Below, piece after piece: positions 52,772 through 64,000 of a stretch of DNA of 64,000 bases. Every line of letters starts with the position of its first letter. Position 1 is the stretch's first letter. Origin of the DNA: Octopus sinensis (Eukaryota); the NCBI RefSeq assembly GCF_006345805.1, contig NC_043000.1:107942001-108006000 (forward strand), in the 5' to 3' direction. The position numbers and the translations under genes were made by a program. The notes under the pieces are model-generated. The model made no database searches and had not been told where the DNA came from. It saw nothing but the letters and a program-made list of their open reading frames with translations.

Positions 52772-55382
52772 GCATATACATATGTGTACATTAGCGCAAC
52801 AGAGGAAACCTATGAAATACGTGCAAGATGATAACCTTAACGGACGAAAAGTGTGCTTCGAAATGGTTTCGATTGGCAAACATTTAATTTGATCACCTTA
52901 CAGATGCCACTGCATATTGAAGTAATAATGTGTCTGAAAGATGAAACCGAAACCGGTTCCTTTAGGGACATCGACTAATTGCTGATGGCGATACTACTAA
53001 ACCTATGAAAGGTTTCACGCTCATATAATGTATCTCTCTAAATCTGTCAGCAATTGTTCAGATTTGTACACCCCCTACTACATTACAGACTGACAAACAG
53101 CTTATCCATAATATTGTACTCTGCATTTTTAGGGCTATAGATCGGATGATGTCGGTGAAATCCCTGTTGCTCACCCACTTACTCACGAGTTCTATCCCTC
53201 TCTGGTCTCGCGAGGAAGTTGGTGGTCGTCATCACTAAACGTGGCTGCAGGGTTTCGTTGTGTGCAATTACTGACAGATTTGTGCACACTATTTGATGCT
53301 GCGAAACGTCGTAGAGAGAATGGATAATAGACCTGCCTCCAAAACTGAAATTATAACAATAAACTGTAATTTGAAAGAAGCCAAAATAAAATGCGATGAA
53401 AATGTTTCTATTGAGTTCCAGAGACAGGAAACGTATCGGCGACTGTCTCGTATTTAGATATTTTGGTGAGCGGAATAAATTCTGGAAAGTTCGTAAAAAT
53501 ATAGCACAAAGTTAAAAGCGAAGATGCTTTACTAAGTATGCAGTACCGTCTCGAACAGTATATTATAAAAATGTAAGTTTATCTTTCATGCCAAAGGAAA
53601 TATATTCAGTGTTACAAAAGAACTATAGATAACCTGTCAAGTAGTTTTGAAAACTCTATTTTGAAGAAATCCTCAGATAACACTGGTTTTGTTTCGATTT
53701 TTTCTTCTTCCGTGGTGTATTCTATGTAGATTATTATAGCTCAGCCAACATTTATTGATACCATATTATTGATTGAATTCCCTACAAGACGTCTGTCATC
53801 CGAATCTATTACATGTGGTGCACACACAGTATATTTCTCATATACGCTATTGCAGTTGCCTTAGTGCCAGGAAATTAAATGTATTATCTCGTACCGTCTA
53901 ACTGTTTAAAGCAACATAGCAAAAACTAAGACAGAGTAATGAAGTTCATAAACATAAAAGATGACTGAGAATCACTGTTAGCACTAAACACTTGGTCAAG
54001 GGTTCAATAATGTAGAGAGTAATGACTATCAAGGAACATACGGAAAGTACGAATCTTTTCAAATAATGTCGTAATGTTAGAAGATGGTACCATATGATTT
54101 TCACTAGGCTTCTGTTTCTGGACATAAAAATAAGCAGCACCGACAACAAACATGGAAGAAAAAAAGTTGATATGATTACGTTAATATTTAAAAAAGTTAA
54201 TATAATTGATCTTGTAATGCAATGATCATTAGTGACCCAAGGTATAGCTTTATTAAATTTTGATCATATTACAATAGCCATGGAGAGTTTTGTTGGCAGC
54301 AAAGAAAATAAAATTTCCATAGATATTGGTGTAACAATTATTTTATATGTGTGTCAACTTTGATTTGTCGGAAAGCGAAGTACTGTTCTACTTCAGAGCT
54401 AGGTAAGTATTTACCTGAGCTGAAATGAAAAAAGTGAAGTTAGATTCTGAGCATAATGGAAAATCTTGTCGAAAAGTATATTTCTATATTATCGTTCTTG
54501 GTTTTTGTATTCTTTCTTCGTTTTTTTTTGTTTTCCTCTGTTGGTGTTGTTTGAAACTCAAGAATATGTATCATTGTTTGTGATAGGATGACATAGAAAA
54601 TGATAAATGTTAAAGAGGGCGGAATGTAGAAAGTGACAACACAACAATAATAGCAACAACGACAAGAACAAGAACTACAACAACAATGATAATAATACAA
54701 ACTAAAAAGAAAGAATGAAACGTGGGTAAGTGTAAAAATGAGAAGAAAAAAGAATTGGGAACGATTACGAAACATTTCAAGAGTAATAGAAAGAAATAAG
54801 GGAAATGAAAACACCCAGAGAAGTAAAAATACCAAATATTAAAAAACTAAAGAAAAAACCCCCCCAGATAAAACAAAGAATATAAAGAGAGAAGTGGAGA
54901 AATATTGTTTGTTTACCACCATCTTGACTGCGAATGTCACTTTTATTGAAATATTTTGTAGTTTGTTCAAAGCGACAGCTGTGCAATATGGAAAACAATG
55001 GAGGAATCATTTGGCTGATGCTGTTTTGTAGACACGTTGACGGAACACAGGCGACGTTTGGATAACCTCAGACAATGATTATGGAACATCATTAATTTCA
55101 TTAATTTGCGCTACGTGAGATATAGTTAATGAGTATTTGGTCATAGACAGAAGACAAAAGCCTAACCACAGGTATACGGCGTTAAAGCCATCCTTATTAC
55201 TATGAGAAATCATTACTAATTCTCAGTTATGACGTTGCATAATTGTATCAGACATCAAAAATTGCTGTTACTACGCTTTCTCCAGATTCCTTCCGAACTG
55301 TGCAGATTGATATTATTTAGCCCCTGGCAACGTTCAGAGTTTCAATTGATTAGGTAATCAATTCTTTTGCATATTATATAAA

Positions 55383-55617
55383 CATTTATGGTGCATTTTA
55401 GAGAAACAAGTAAGGAGTGGATATCCTCCACCCTCATCACTACAAGAATGGAAACTGTTTTAACTGGACAAAAATTCCTTTGGAAACAATTCAAACTTTG
55501 TACGAGTCCGTACCTCATAGAATTCAAGCTGTACTTACTGCCAAAGACGGCCGTACCCCATACTAAAATAAAGTTGTTTGAAATATAACGCTTCCATTAT
55601 TTTTTCCAACCCCTGTA
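55383..55617 (+). mobile_element. Tc1-like transposon 3' end (transposase C-terminus + right TIR)
   Basis: HLWCILEKQVRSGYPPPSSLQE / WTKIPLETIQTLYESVPHRIQAVLTAKDGRTPY*, then TCCATTATTTTTTCCAACCCCTG|TA. Confidence 0.85.
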
Positions 55618-57099
55618 GCTATTTAATATGGTGTGCTAAATTGTCTTATTAGCGAATGGTGTAACATCATCTGTAAAATGCCGCATTAAAATGTCGATCG
55701 GTGTTTCGTTGCGCGCATCGTTTTACATAGCGTGTTCAAATCTTGTCAAGGGGGCGAGTTTGTCTTTCTTTCCTCAGAGTATCTATAAAATATAAAATAA
55801 TGAAGATCTTTTGTCGACTATGAAAGAAATTTACATTGTACTATATGATTGCTGAATAATTAAAAGAATAGAACCAAATACAAATGTATCTTTTTTGTTG
55901 CTTGATTGTCCGAAAATGATAAAACTAATGGTTTCAAATTTTGACATAAGTAGAACAATTTGCGAGGGAAGGGTTCAGTCGTGCGCATCGAACCAGTATT
56001 TTACTGGTACTTTATTTCATGGAATTCAAAAGCAGGAAAAGTAAAGTTGACTTCGTTGGAATATAAACTCATAAGTTAAAAAGCCAGAAGGTGAGCTATT
56101 TAATATCGGTTTCAAATTTTGGCACGAGGCCAGAAATTTCGGGGAATTAGTTAAGTCGATTACATCAACCACAGTGACTCCGAAAGGATGGTAAAGCAAA
56201 GTCGACTGCTAACGTTTCTGCCAGTTCGCCACCTCACCTGCACTTTATTCTTTACTCTGACAGTGTGACAGTTTTTAATACTAATGTAACAGGAAAGATA
56301 CATAAATAACATTGACGCAGATAGCAAAATTATTAGAGAATGCTTAATGAGACTGTAAACGCAAGAAATCAAAAGCAGATCAAGTTCTCAAGCTTGGTGG
56401 AGAGTTGTTGTTTTTCTGTAACGCTTTTGCAGTACTACCATCCAAGAATTCATTATTTGTTATATGATATGGTTAAATGCAAATGAGCGGAAATAAATTT
56501 CGACGCATGTAATTTATATTATGCTAGATCTAATCATTTAGGTCCTTAATAGTTTATAAATTCTAATTTTATTGAAAGTCACCAAACGAAAAGAAGAAAA
56601 AAAGGAAACATGGCGTAGTACTCGATCTGTTAGAAATAGCGTCGAAAGGTTGTTTTTTTCAAATTAGACTAAAATGTCTTAAGGAATAGAGGATATATTG
56701 GGTAGTGTAATCCTAGATAAAACATCGTAAATATAATTGCTGTGGCTAGAACGCTTTTGATCATAGTTCTGTATGTTCAGTAGCGGAATCAGGCTTAATA
56801 AACGGCAATTATATGTCGAAGGCTGTTTGTTTGTTGAAATAATGATAGAGTCAATATAAGTCGATATATTTTGATTTATTGACATTCAACACATCATTTT
56901 AGATAAACATCATGTCGACATCATGTACACAGATTTTAACAAGCTAGTGAGAAATAATTGCTTTTCAAAATAGAATAAAAATAAAGAAAATGGGAAACAA
57001 AATAAATAATAGCAACTCCCACCTAAATGTAAATGATTGAAATATGTTGCAGATTTAAGAAAAATTTAATTAAATATTACCATTACCATTGTTATTTGT

Positions 57100-57153
<54 letters not shown>

Positions 57154-57699
57154 TAGCCCCTGTATACACACATATACACACACGGATTTATGGAAATTAT
57201 GGTAGAAAAAGACAAAAATCAAGGAAATGTGTAATTAATTTTCAAATACAACTTGTATATTTATTAATTTATCATTTGCTGTTAAATAAGTGTCAAAGCC
57301 CGTGTTAATTTCTTCTCTTTGATTTATATATCATTCAAGTAATTCAATATAAGGTTCTCTTGATTAACATATCTTTCAAAATAATTAAGATAATTCGATA
57401 TAAAGTACTCCTCACATTAGTTGATTGTGAAATCTCAGATTTCAAAGATAACGAAAATTCACACATAAGATCCGATGGTGTGATAAAATGTTTAAAGATG
57501 AATGATATTAAATAAACAAACCACTGAAAACTAAACAGTTGAATAATCATTTCTACATTATTTTTCCCCACCCACAAAGTCTCTTATATCGTTGTCGGCA
57601 TCAGTGTTACAATTTTTAAAATTAAATTATCAAATAAGTTGTTAAATCATTTTGACGCAGGAAACGACCTAGCTGTTTACAATATTACTAAATATTAAT

Positions 57700-57895
57700 T
57701 GGGCGGCGAGCTGGCACATCGGGAAAATGGCATTTCGTCCCTCTTTAAGTTCTGAGTTCAAATTCCGCTGTGATCAGTTTTGCTTTTCATCCTTCGAGTT
57801 CGATAGAAAAAAGTACCAATAGCATACTGGGGTCGATTTGATCGACTTAACTCTTTTCAAGAACTTGCTGGACATGTGCCAAAACTTGAAACCAA
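57700..57895 (+). mobile_element. SINE family 2
   Basis: GGCGGCGAGCTGGCA...GAGTTCAAATTCCGC...GGGGTCGATTTGATCGACTTAA. Further diverged copies at ~5460, 23560, 43750, 51630, 51960, 55950, 61190, 62750. Confidence 0.8.
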
Positions 57896-57935
57896 TATTA
57901 GTAGATATTAAGACAACTCTCAGATTATATGACAA

Positions 57936-58330
57936 CTAGCAGTATCGCCCGGCGTTGCTCGGGTTTGTAAAGGAAATAATTATATAAGCATTTTTAGCGA
58001 TGTAAAGTATAATAGCCATCTCAATATGGGTAACCACAAAGGGGGAGGGGTGTTACTGTAGCTTTTTACGTTCTGAGATTTAATAATAAATTTTAGAGAG
58101 TTACTTCCCTTATATATGTCAAAAATGGATTAAAAATGGGAAAAATTGATGGTAAATTTTTTTTTAAATCGTAGACTCATCGTAGACGCGCGCTAATACC
58201 CAGACGGTCTCGATATGAATCACGACTATAAGATACCCGGTTTTGGTTAAACTGCACCGCAAAATGTGGGAGTAGTTAGGAATCTAAATCGTAGGAGACA
58301 GACACACAACCTCACTTTTATATATAAAGA
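57936..58330 (-). mobile_element. Complete 395-bp non-autonomous Helitron
   Basis: Minus strand A|TCTTTATATATAAAAGTGAGGTTGTGTGTCTGTC ... CCCGAGCAACGCCGGGCGATACTGCTAG|T: 5' TC, subterminal hairpin, 3' CTAG, A|T insertion site, no TSD. Confidence 0.85.
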
Positions 58331-58429
58331 TTTCTCTATTTACATAATATTGAGGTCTCTTTCTTTCTTTTGTTATCTTACTGTTTTTACCAATATACAT
58401 ATATATATATATATATATAAATATATATA

Positions 58430-58752
58430 TAGTTACAGAGATGTACTTGCATAGCAAGTGACTTGATCTGAGATCGTGTGCTGGAACGAAAACAGTTGCA
58501 GCGTTGAAGGTGTTTATAAGCCATTTAAGAAACACACAAAAACCGTTAGATTCACTTCAACATTTAAATTTAATTTGTCAAAAATTTTCGTCGCTTTGAG
58601 ACCGCGAGCTGTTAGCACGATATTTTTGTCAGTGAACAGGTCGCGGTCTGAAAGCGAGGAAAATATTTTGGCAAATTAAATTTAAATGTTGAAGTGAATG
58701 TAACGGTTTTTGTGTGTTTCTTAAATGGCTTACAAACACCTTCCAGCCTGCA
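58430..58752. mobile_element. (TA)n-flanked element with ~102-bp inverted arms (58506-58607 / 58641-58743)
   Basis: Arms are near-identical reverse complements with a 33-bp spacer; same overall architecture as the hammerhead-bearing elements. Confidence 0.75.
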
Positions 58753-58849
58753 ATATATATATACACACATATATATATATGTATGTATGTATGTATGTGT
58801 GTATATGTGTATGCATGTATGTGTGTGTGTGTGCGTGTCTGTGCTTGTG

Positions 58850-59052
58850 ATTGTCATCCACCACTGCTTGACAACGAATGTTGGTTTGTTTACATCCCTG
58901 TCACCTAGTGGTTTGACAAAGGAAACAGATAGAATAAGTACAATGCTTACAAAAATAAAACTGGAGTTGATTCATTAAACTACAATTCTTCAAGGCATTG
59001 CCCCAGCATGGCCACAGACCAATGGCTGGAAAAAGCAGAAGAATAAAAGAAT
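58850..59052 (+). mobile_element. SINE family 1, diverged 3' half
   Basis: CACTGCTTGACAAC...AGAATAAGTAC...GCCCCAGCATGGCCACAG...AATAAAAGAATA. Confidence 0.7.
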
Positions 59053-59118
59053 ACATTCTCTGCTTTGGTCTTATGTTCAAGGCATGAGAAAGCTTGAGTT
59101 TACATGAGAAGGCCTAAC

Positions 59119-59787
59119 AGACCTGGTAGAAACAGCAGCCAAATCTCCCTCAAATGACACCTTACTGTCTTATGTATGTATATATATATGAGCCAATGAG
59201 GGGGACCTCTACATGGTAGCTAGACCTGGTAGAAATAGCAGCCAAATTTCCCCCAAATCACACCTTACTGTCTTATCTATGTATATATGTATGTATGAGC
59301 CTATGAGGGAGACCCCTACATGGCAGCTAGACCTGGTAGAAATAGCAGCCAAATTTCCCCCAAATCACACCTTACTGTCTTATCTATGTATATATGTATG
59401 TATGAGCCTATGAGGGAGACCCCTACATGGCAGCTAGACCTGGTAGAAATAGCAGCCAAATTCCCCCAAATCACACCTTACTGTCTTATCTATGTATATA
59501 TGTATGTATGAGCCTATGAGGAAGACCCCTACATGGCAGCTAGACCTGGTAGAAATAGCAGCCAAATTTCCCCCAAATCACACCTTACTGTCTTATCTAT
59601 GTATATATGTATGTATGAGCCTATGAGGAAGACCCCTACATGGCAGCTAGACCTGGTAGAAATAGCAGCCAAATTTCCCCCAAATCACACCTTACTGTCT
59701 TATCTATGTATATATGTATGTATGGCAGCTAGACATGGTAGAAATAGCAGCCAACTCTCCCTCAAATCACACCTTACTGTCTTATCT
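59119..59787. repeat. 107-bp minisatellite, 7 core copies
   Basis: Core AGACCTGGTAGAAATAGCAGCCAAAT starts at ~59121, 59224, 59331, 59438, 59544, 59651, 59733 (periods 103, 107, 107, 106, 107, 82). Confidence 0.95.
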
Positions 59788-61596
59788 TTCTGCTACTTGG
59801 ATATAGGTGTTATATTCGTCGTAAAAAACTTTCCTGTCACACACTCACGCACACGCACACACACACACACACACGCACCCTCACACACACACACACGCGC
59901 ACACCCACACACACCCACTCACACACACGCACGTTAGCTTACAATTTTATTCATATATTTGCGTGTCTATGTGTTGAAAGAGGAAGTGGGAGGCAGAGTG
60001 AAAGAATCACTCACTACAGTAAGTCAATTACTTTCATTTTATTCGTTGCCCACTGTGTGTGTGTGCGTTTGCGTGTGCTGTAAACCAGACTAAGAAAAGC
60101 ATTTGACACACACACCAGAATGTGAGTTTTCTGTAAATTTTGCTTAATTGGAGTTTAAATTTTAAAAACTGGACCTGGCATGACGCGATGCATTGTACTC
60201 TTAAAAATGCAAGGTAAATTGTAATTGAAGAAATCCTATATTATAGATTTGTATAACTCCCAAAGGGAGGCAGATAAAATCTGCCTTTTATAACAAGAGA
60301 TGCAACAATTTCTAAAATAAAGATATCGTGTTTGAACTCCAGATTGCGAGGGAGCTAGTGATGATCTGCATCGGTAAATAACACATTGTAACACGATATT
60401 TTGTCCTCAGGTAGCAACTGTGGTTTCCTATTTGCTTACTCCATAGAAAGTATGAACAATATTTGCTTCACACTTTGCTTTTGTCACATTTCTTCAAACC
60501 CCCAAAGAATCCCTCTCAACACATGATTATGATGCTCCCCTATTACTTCTCCTCATGACCAGCGATGTACATATTATCAGCCTATAAGGGACATGTGGAA
60601 GTGGTTAAAGTCAATCAAATGACAAACAAATCTGTCGTATTGACCAGAACATTTGTTATAACGGTATTTCTGCTTCAACAACTCAGCATTGAATATGTTT
60701 GAAATGTAATGGCAAAAAGGTTAGTTTCAAAACGTTAATTTCCAGGTCATAAAAGCAAAGTTTGAAGAGAACGGTGGTCATTTCCTTCAATTGCTAGATA
60801 GAAACAAATAAGAAATAACATTTACTGACCAAAAACAAAACAAATAAATATATAGATAAATAAATATTTTGTTGCACACTAATAATTTAACGCTTTGTAA
60901 AGTTTCCTTGGTGTTGATTGTCAACAAATGCTTCAGGTTACGAACAAATCTTTGAGAGTCTTTCTTGGTTTTTCTGCATACAGTCAAGAGGGTTAAGGCA
61001 ATGCTCACGATGCGTTACGGTACTTCCAAGACAAGTAGGAGTGAATGAAGGAGGGAGGAAGCAAGGTAAGATATCCTCCAACTGGAAACCTGGCCCGAAT
61101 GCCTGCAACAGTGCCACAGAGTGGATTCTGTTAAAGGTGACCAAGAGGCCAGGTTGTGATGTTAGACCGAGCAGCGGTAAAATATCACCCAGTAGATCAT
61201 AGCTCGATTTTGAACTCGGAAAGCAAAAAGACGGAACAAATACTGCAAAGAATCTGGTGTGACATTCTTAGAGCTCTCCAAATGCACTACCTTGGTCTGG
61301 TACCATTTTATCGACCCCGGTAAAATGAAGGAAATGGTTGATATTAATGAGCTTTTAAAGAGAACGCAGAGTGTTGGAACAAAATCTGTGAATGGCTCTG
61401 CTAATTCGCAGAATTAAGATGATTATGAGTGACAAGTTTTTAACTGTTGACTATCACTATGACAACCACAATGTAAGAACATTGGATATAAAGGGTGTTG
61501 TAAGGGTGTTGTCAGGGTGTTGTACATTATGTTGCATATTTTAAGGGATCAACTAGGTATCATAGAAGCTTTATTAATAATCACGGTTGACACGTG

Positions 61597-61627
<31 letters not shown>

Positions 61628-64000
61628 TTTTTAAGATGATGGAAGTTGGTTGGTTTTTTGTTCTTTTCCGCGAAAATTGTTGAGTGACAACGTCGATACT
61701 CTCCCATTGGTTCAATAAAACAAGAACGTTATGAGTTCATTAGCGTATTTCATTAAATGTATAATTAAAATTCTATGATTCCAAATTGTGAGATGAAATT
61801 TTCTCTTATCACGTAAATTATCAAACATCGTCTGCTCTGCCAGAGACCTTCATCTGCAAGATGAAAAATGAATATACTGTCCGAATAAAAGCGTTATCAA
61901 TACTGAACCGTCTGAATGAAAATCGACTTCCATTTTTCTATGATGAATGGCTATGACCAAAATGTTGGCTTTTCTTTCTTCTTTTTCATTTCAAAGAGAT
62001 AGCTTCTGGAAACACCAATATCAAATAAGCAGCAACTGTGATGACGATGGAGGAGATAAAATGTCTCTGTAGAAATTGATTATTTTGCTATCATCCCAAA
62101 CCAAAACTGTGTTCATTAATATGTCATTTCATAGAATCTTAGTTTAGTTGGTAATCAATTATAAATTTATAAGGCGGGAGTAAATGTCTATGAATAAAGA
62201 AACGCATTAATAATGTTTTCATTCGGACAGTATGATCATTTTTCAACTTGCAGATTGAAATTATAATATAAGTTTCTGACACAACAAGCGAAATTTAAGA
62301 ATAGACATTTATAAGAAAGAATTTTGTATTACAAGCTGGAATCAAAGAATTATAATTAGACATATACTGAAAGATGCCAGGATAATTAATTGTTATTAGA
62401 TAGGTAATTATAAAGTACCAAGGATATGTCAAATATGGTATAGAAGGTTTTGTTTTAGACTTTTTATTCATCAATTAATCACTGACGAATTTATTGAATT
62501 CAAAGTTTGAAATGTTGTTTTAATACTTTTAAAACTTTTTAATTAGGGGGCAAAGTTTAAATTGTATAGAAATCGTTAGAAAAATATTGTCGATGTAAAG
62601 CTTCATTCGATTTCAAACCCAGTAGCAATCACGCAATTTGTTAATTAAAGTGACATTTATATATTGTCCTTGGGTCAATGTATATAGTTGAGCAAAAACA
62701 TCAAGAACAGTGATAATTGAATCGGTTGCTATGTAAAAGTTGTTTCTAATTTAGGTAGAAGATCACGAAATTTGAGGAGAGGTAATTAGTCGCCCCCATC
62801 AACTCCTGACCTCGTAAGGAGGCAAGTTCAAGTCAAAATCAGCGGAATTTGAACTCAGAATCTAAAGGCATGGAAGAAATACCGCCTTAATTTTTTTCCG
62901 CGGTTCGAACAATTATAACAGCTTGCCGCCCTCATCACAATATCATATCGGTATTTATTTTATCGATGTCAAGAGACAAATAATTGACTTAACTCCCTAG
63001 AATTGTAACGCAGAATGTAGAGACTAAAATTGATTGTGCAGTCGATTTTGTTTTATATTTTATAATTTCTGCCGATATGTTCTCCCAATTCTGGTGGTTA
63101 ATTCGGTAAATGAGCTTAGTTCGCGAAGGACTTGCGTGAACGAAATTTTCAGCCAAAACATAATTTTAGATTATAATAAACTCACTGAACGAAATTGGCA
63201 GTGGGTCGAAAAGATACGAGGTTTTGTTGTTCCATACTGAAAATATTTGAAAATCTGTTGTTACCCAAATCAACCAGAGGTAACTAAAGCCGTATATAGC
63301 ATAAAAAATGAAAATCGATCTTATAAGTAAACACATCTTGTTTTCTTAATCATTTTCTCCTGTCTAATTTTGATATTAGAAAAAAAAATAACGGAATAAA
63401 AAAGTATTCCACAGAGAAAAGTTTATTTGCATGAAATAGATGAGAAAACAATCTAAAATACTTTTGAGTAAATAGATTTATATCAGATTAAATTCTTACT
63501 GCGCTTTTGTATGTTTTTATCACGGATTTTTTGTCACAGAATTGAACACAAAAGCTAATTCAACAACGAATAAAATATCTTTATATTTTTTTAACAAGTT
63601 TAGTGAAGAAATCTAATATATTATGTATAATTAATATATTTTTAAATGGGTGGGGGATTTAAGAAGAGAAATTGGAGCATTTTCTCATTAAGTTGAAAAT
63701 TAAAGAAACTGAAGTAGAAAGTCTAATTAACAAGATTTCTCGAACTAAGTGTTAATTAAAAATCAATAGTTTAATGAGTGCTTCGTTTTTCTCAGTCATC
63801 ACAAATGAAGATAAAAAGACTATCCACCAACAAAATGCTCTGGTTCTCATTGTAAGGTAGCGTTAGAGTGAATGTATGTTTCATATCCTAGTACAAGTCA
63901 AATTAGAGAAAAAATTTCTTTATCATTGACACAAATAATCAGTGTTAGACTATAATGTTACAATGTATTCTACTACGTAGAGATATTCAATAAAGTTTCA

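Noticed and set aside
59119-59787. Regularly spaced repeats resembling a CRISPR array, and ORFs 59213-59937
   Set aside because: The spacers are identical, context is eukaryotic, no cas genes; ORFs are by-products of the tandem repeat.
63034-63240. ORF ending LTERNWQWVEKIRGF, faintly like a mariner C-terminus
   Set aside because: Too diverged; no YSPDL motif or TIR seen.

Overview
AT-rich eukaryotic non-coding DNA (intergenic or deep intron) packed with microsatellites ((TA)n, (CA)n, (TATG)n, (ATCT)n, (AAT)n) and transposon debris. The SINE families look like the tRNA-derived retroposons of octopods, so the source is most likely Octopus (recognised from memory, not searched). I found no host protein-coding gene, true tRNA or rRNA. 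Nearly all ORF-track entries are microsatellite artefacts. The real protein-like fragments are all decayed TEs: CR1/L2-like LINE end, RTE LINE pieces, R4/Dong-like RLE LINE, Penelope-like GIY-YIG endonuclease, Helitron helicase and Tc1/mariner transposases. The most interesting signal is a set of mutually unrelated short non-coding elements lodged beside (TA)n tracts. Each carries a minimal type I hammerhead-ribozyme fold: clean at 5940, 44205 and 47092; variant or degenerate at 4153, 21250, 29267, 36839 and 58625. They are framed by long inverted and/or direct terminal repeats, the architecture of Penelope-like-element (PLE) pseudo-LTRs and retrozymes. A SINE-LINE chimera whose LINE tail matches the SINE family tail is also present.
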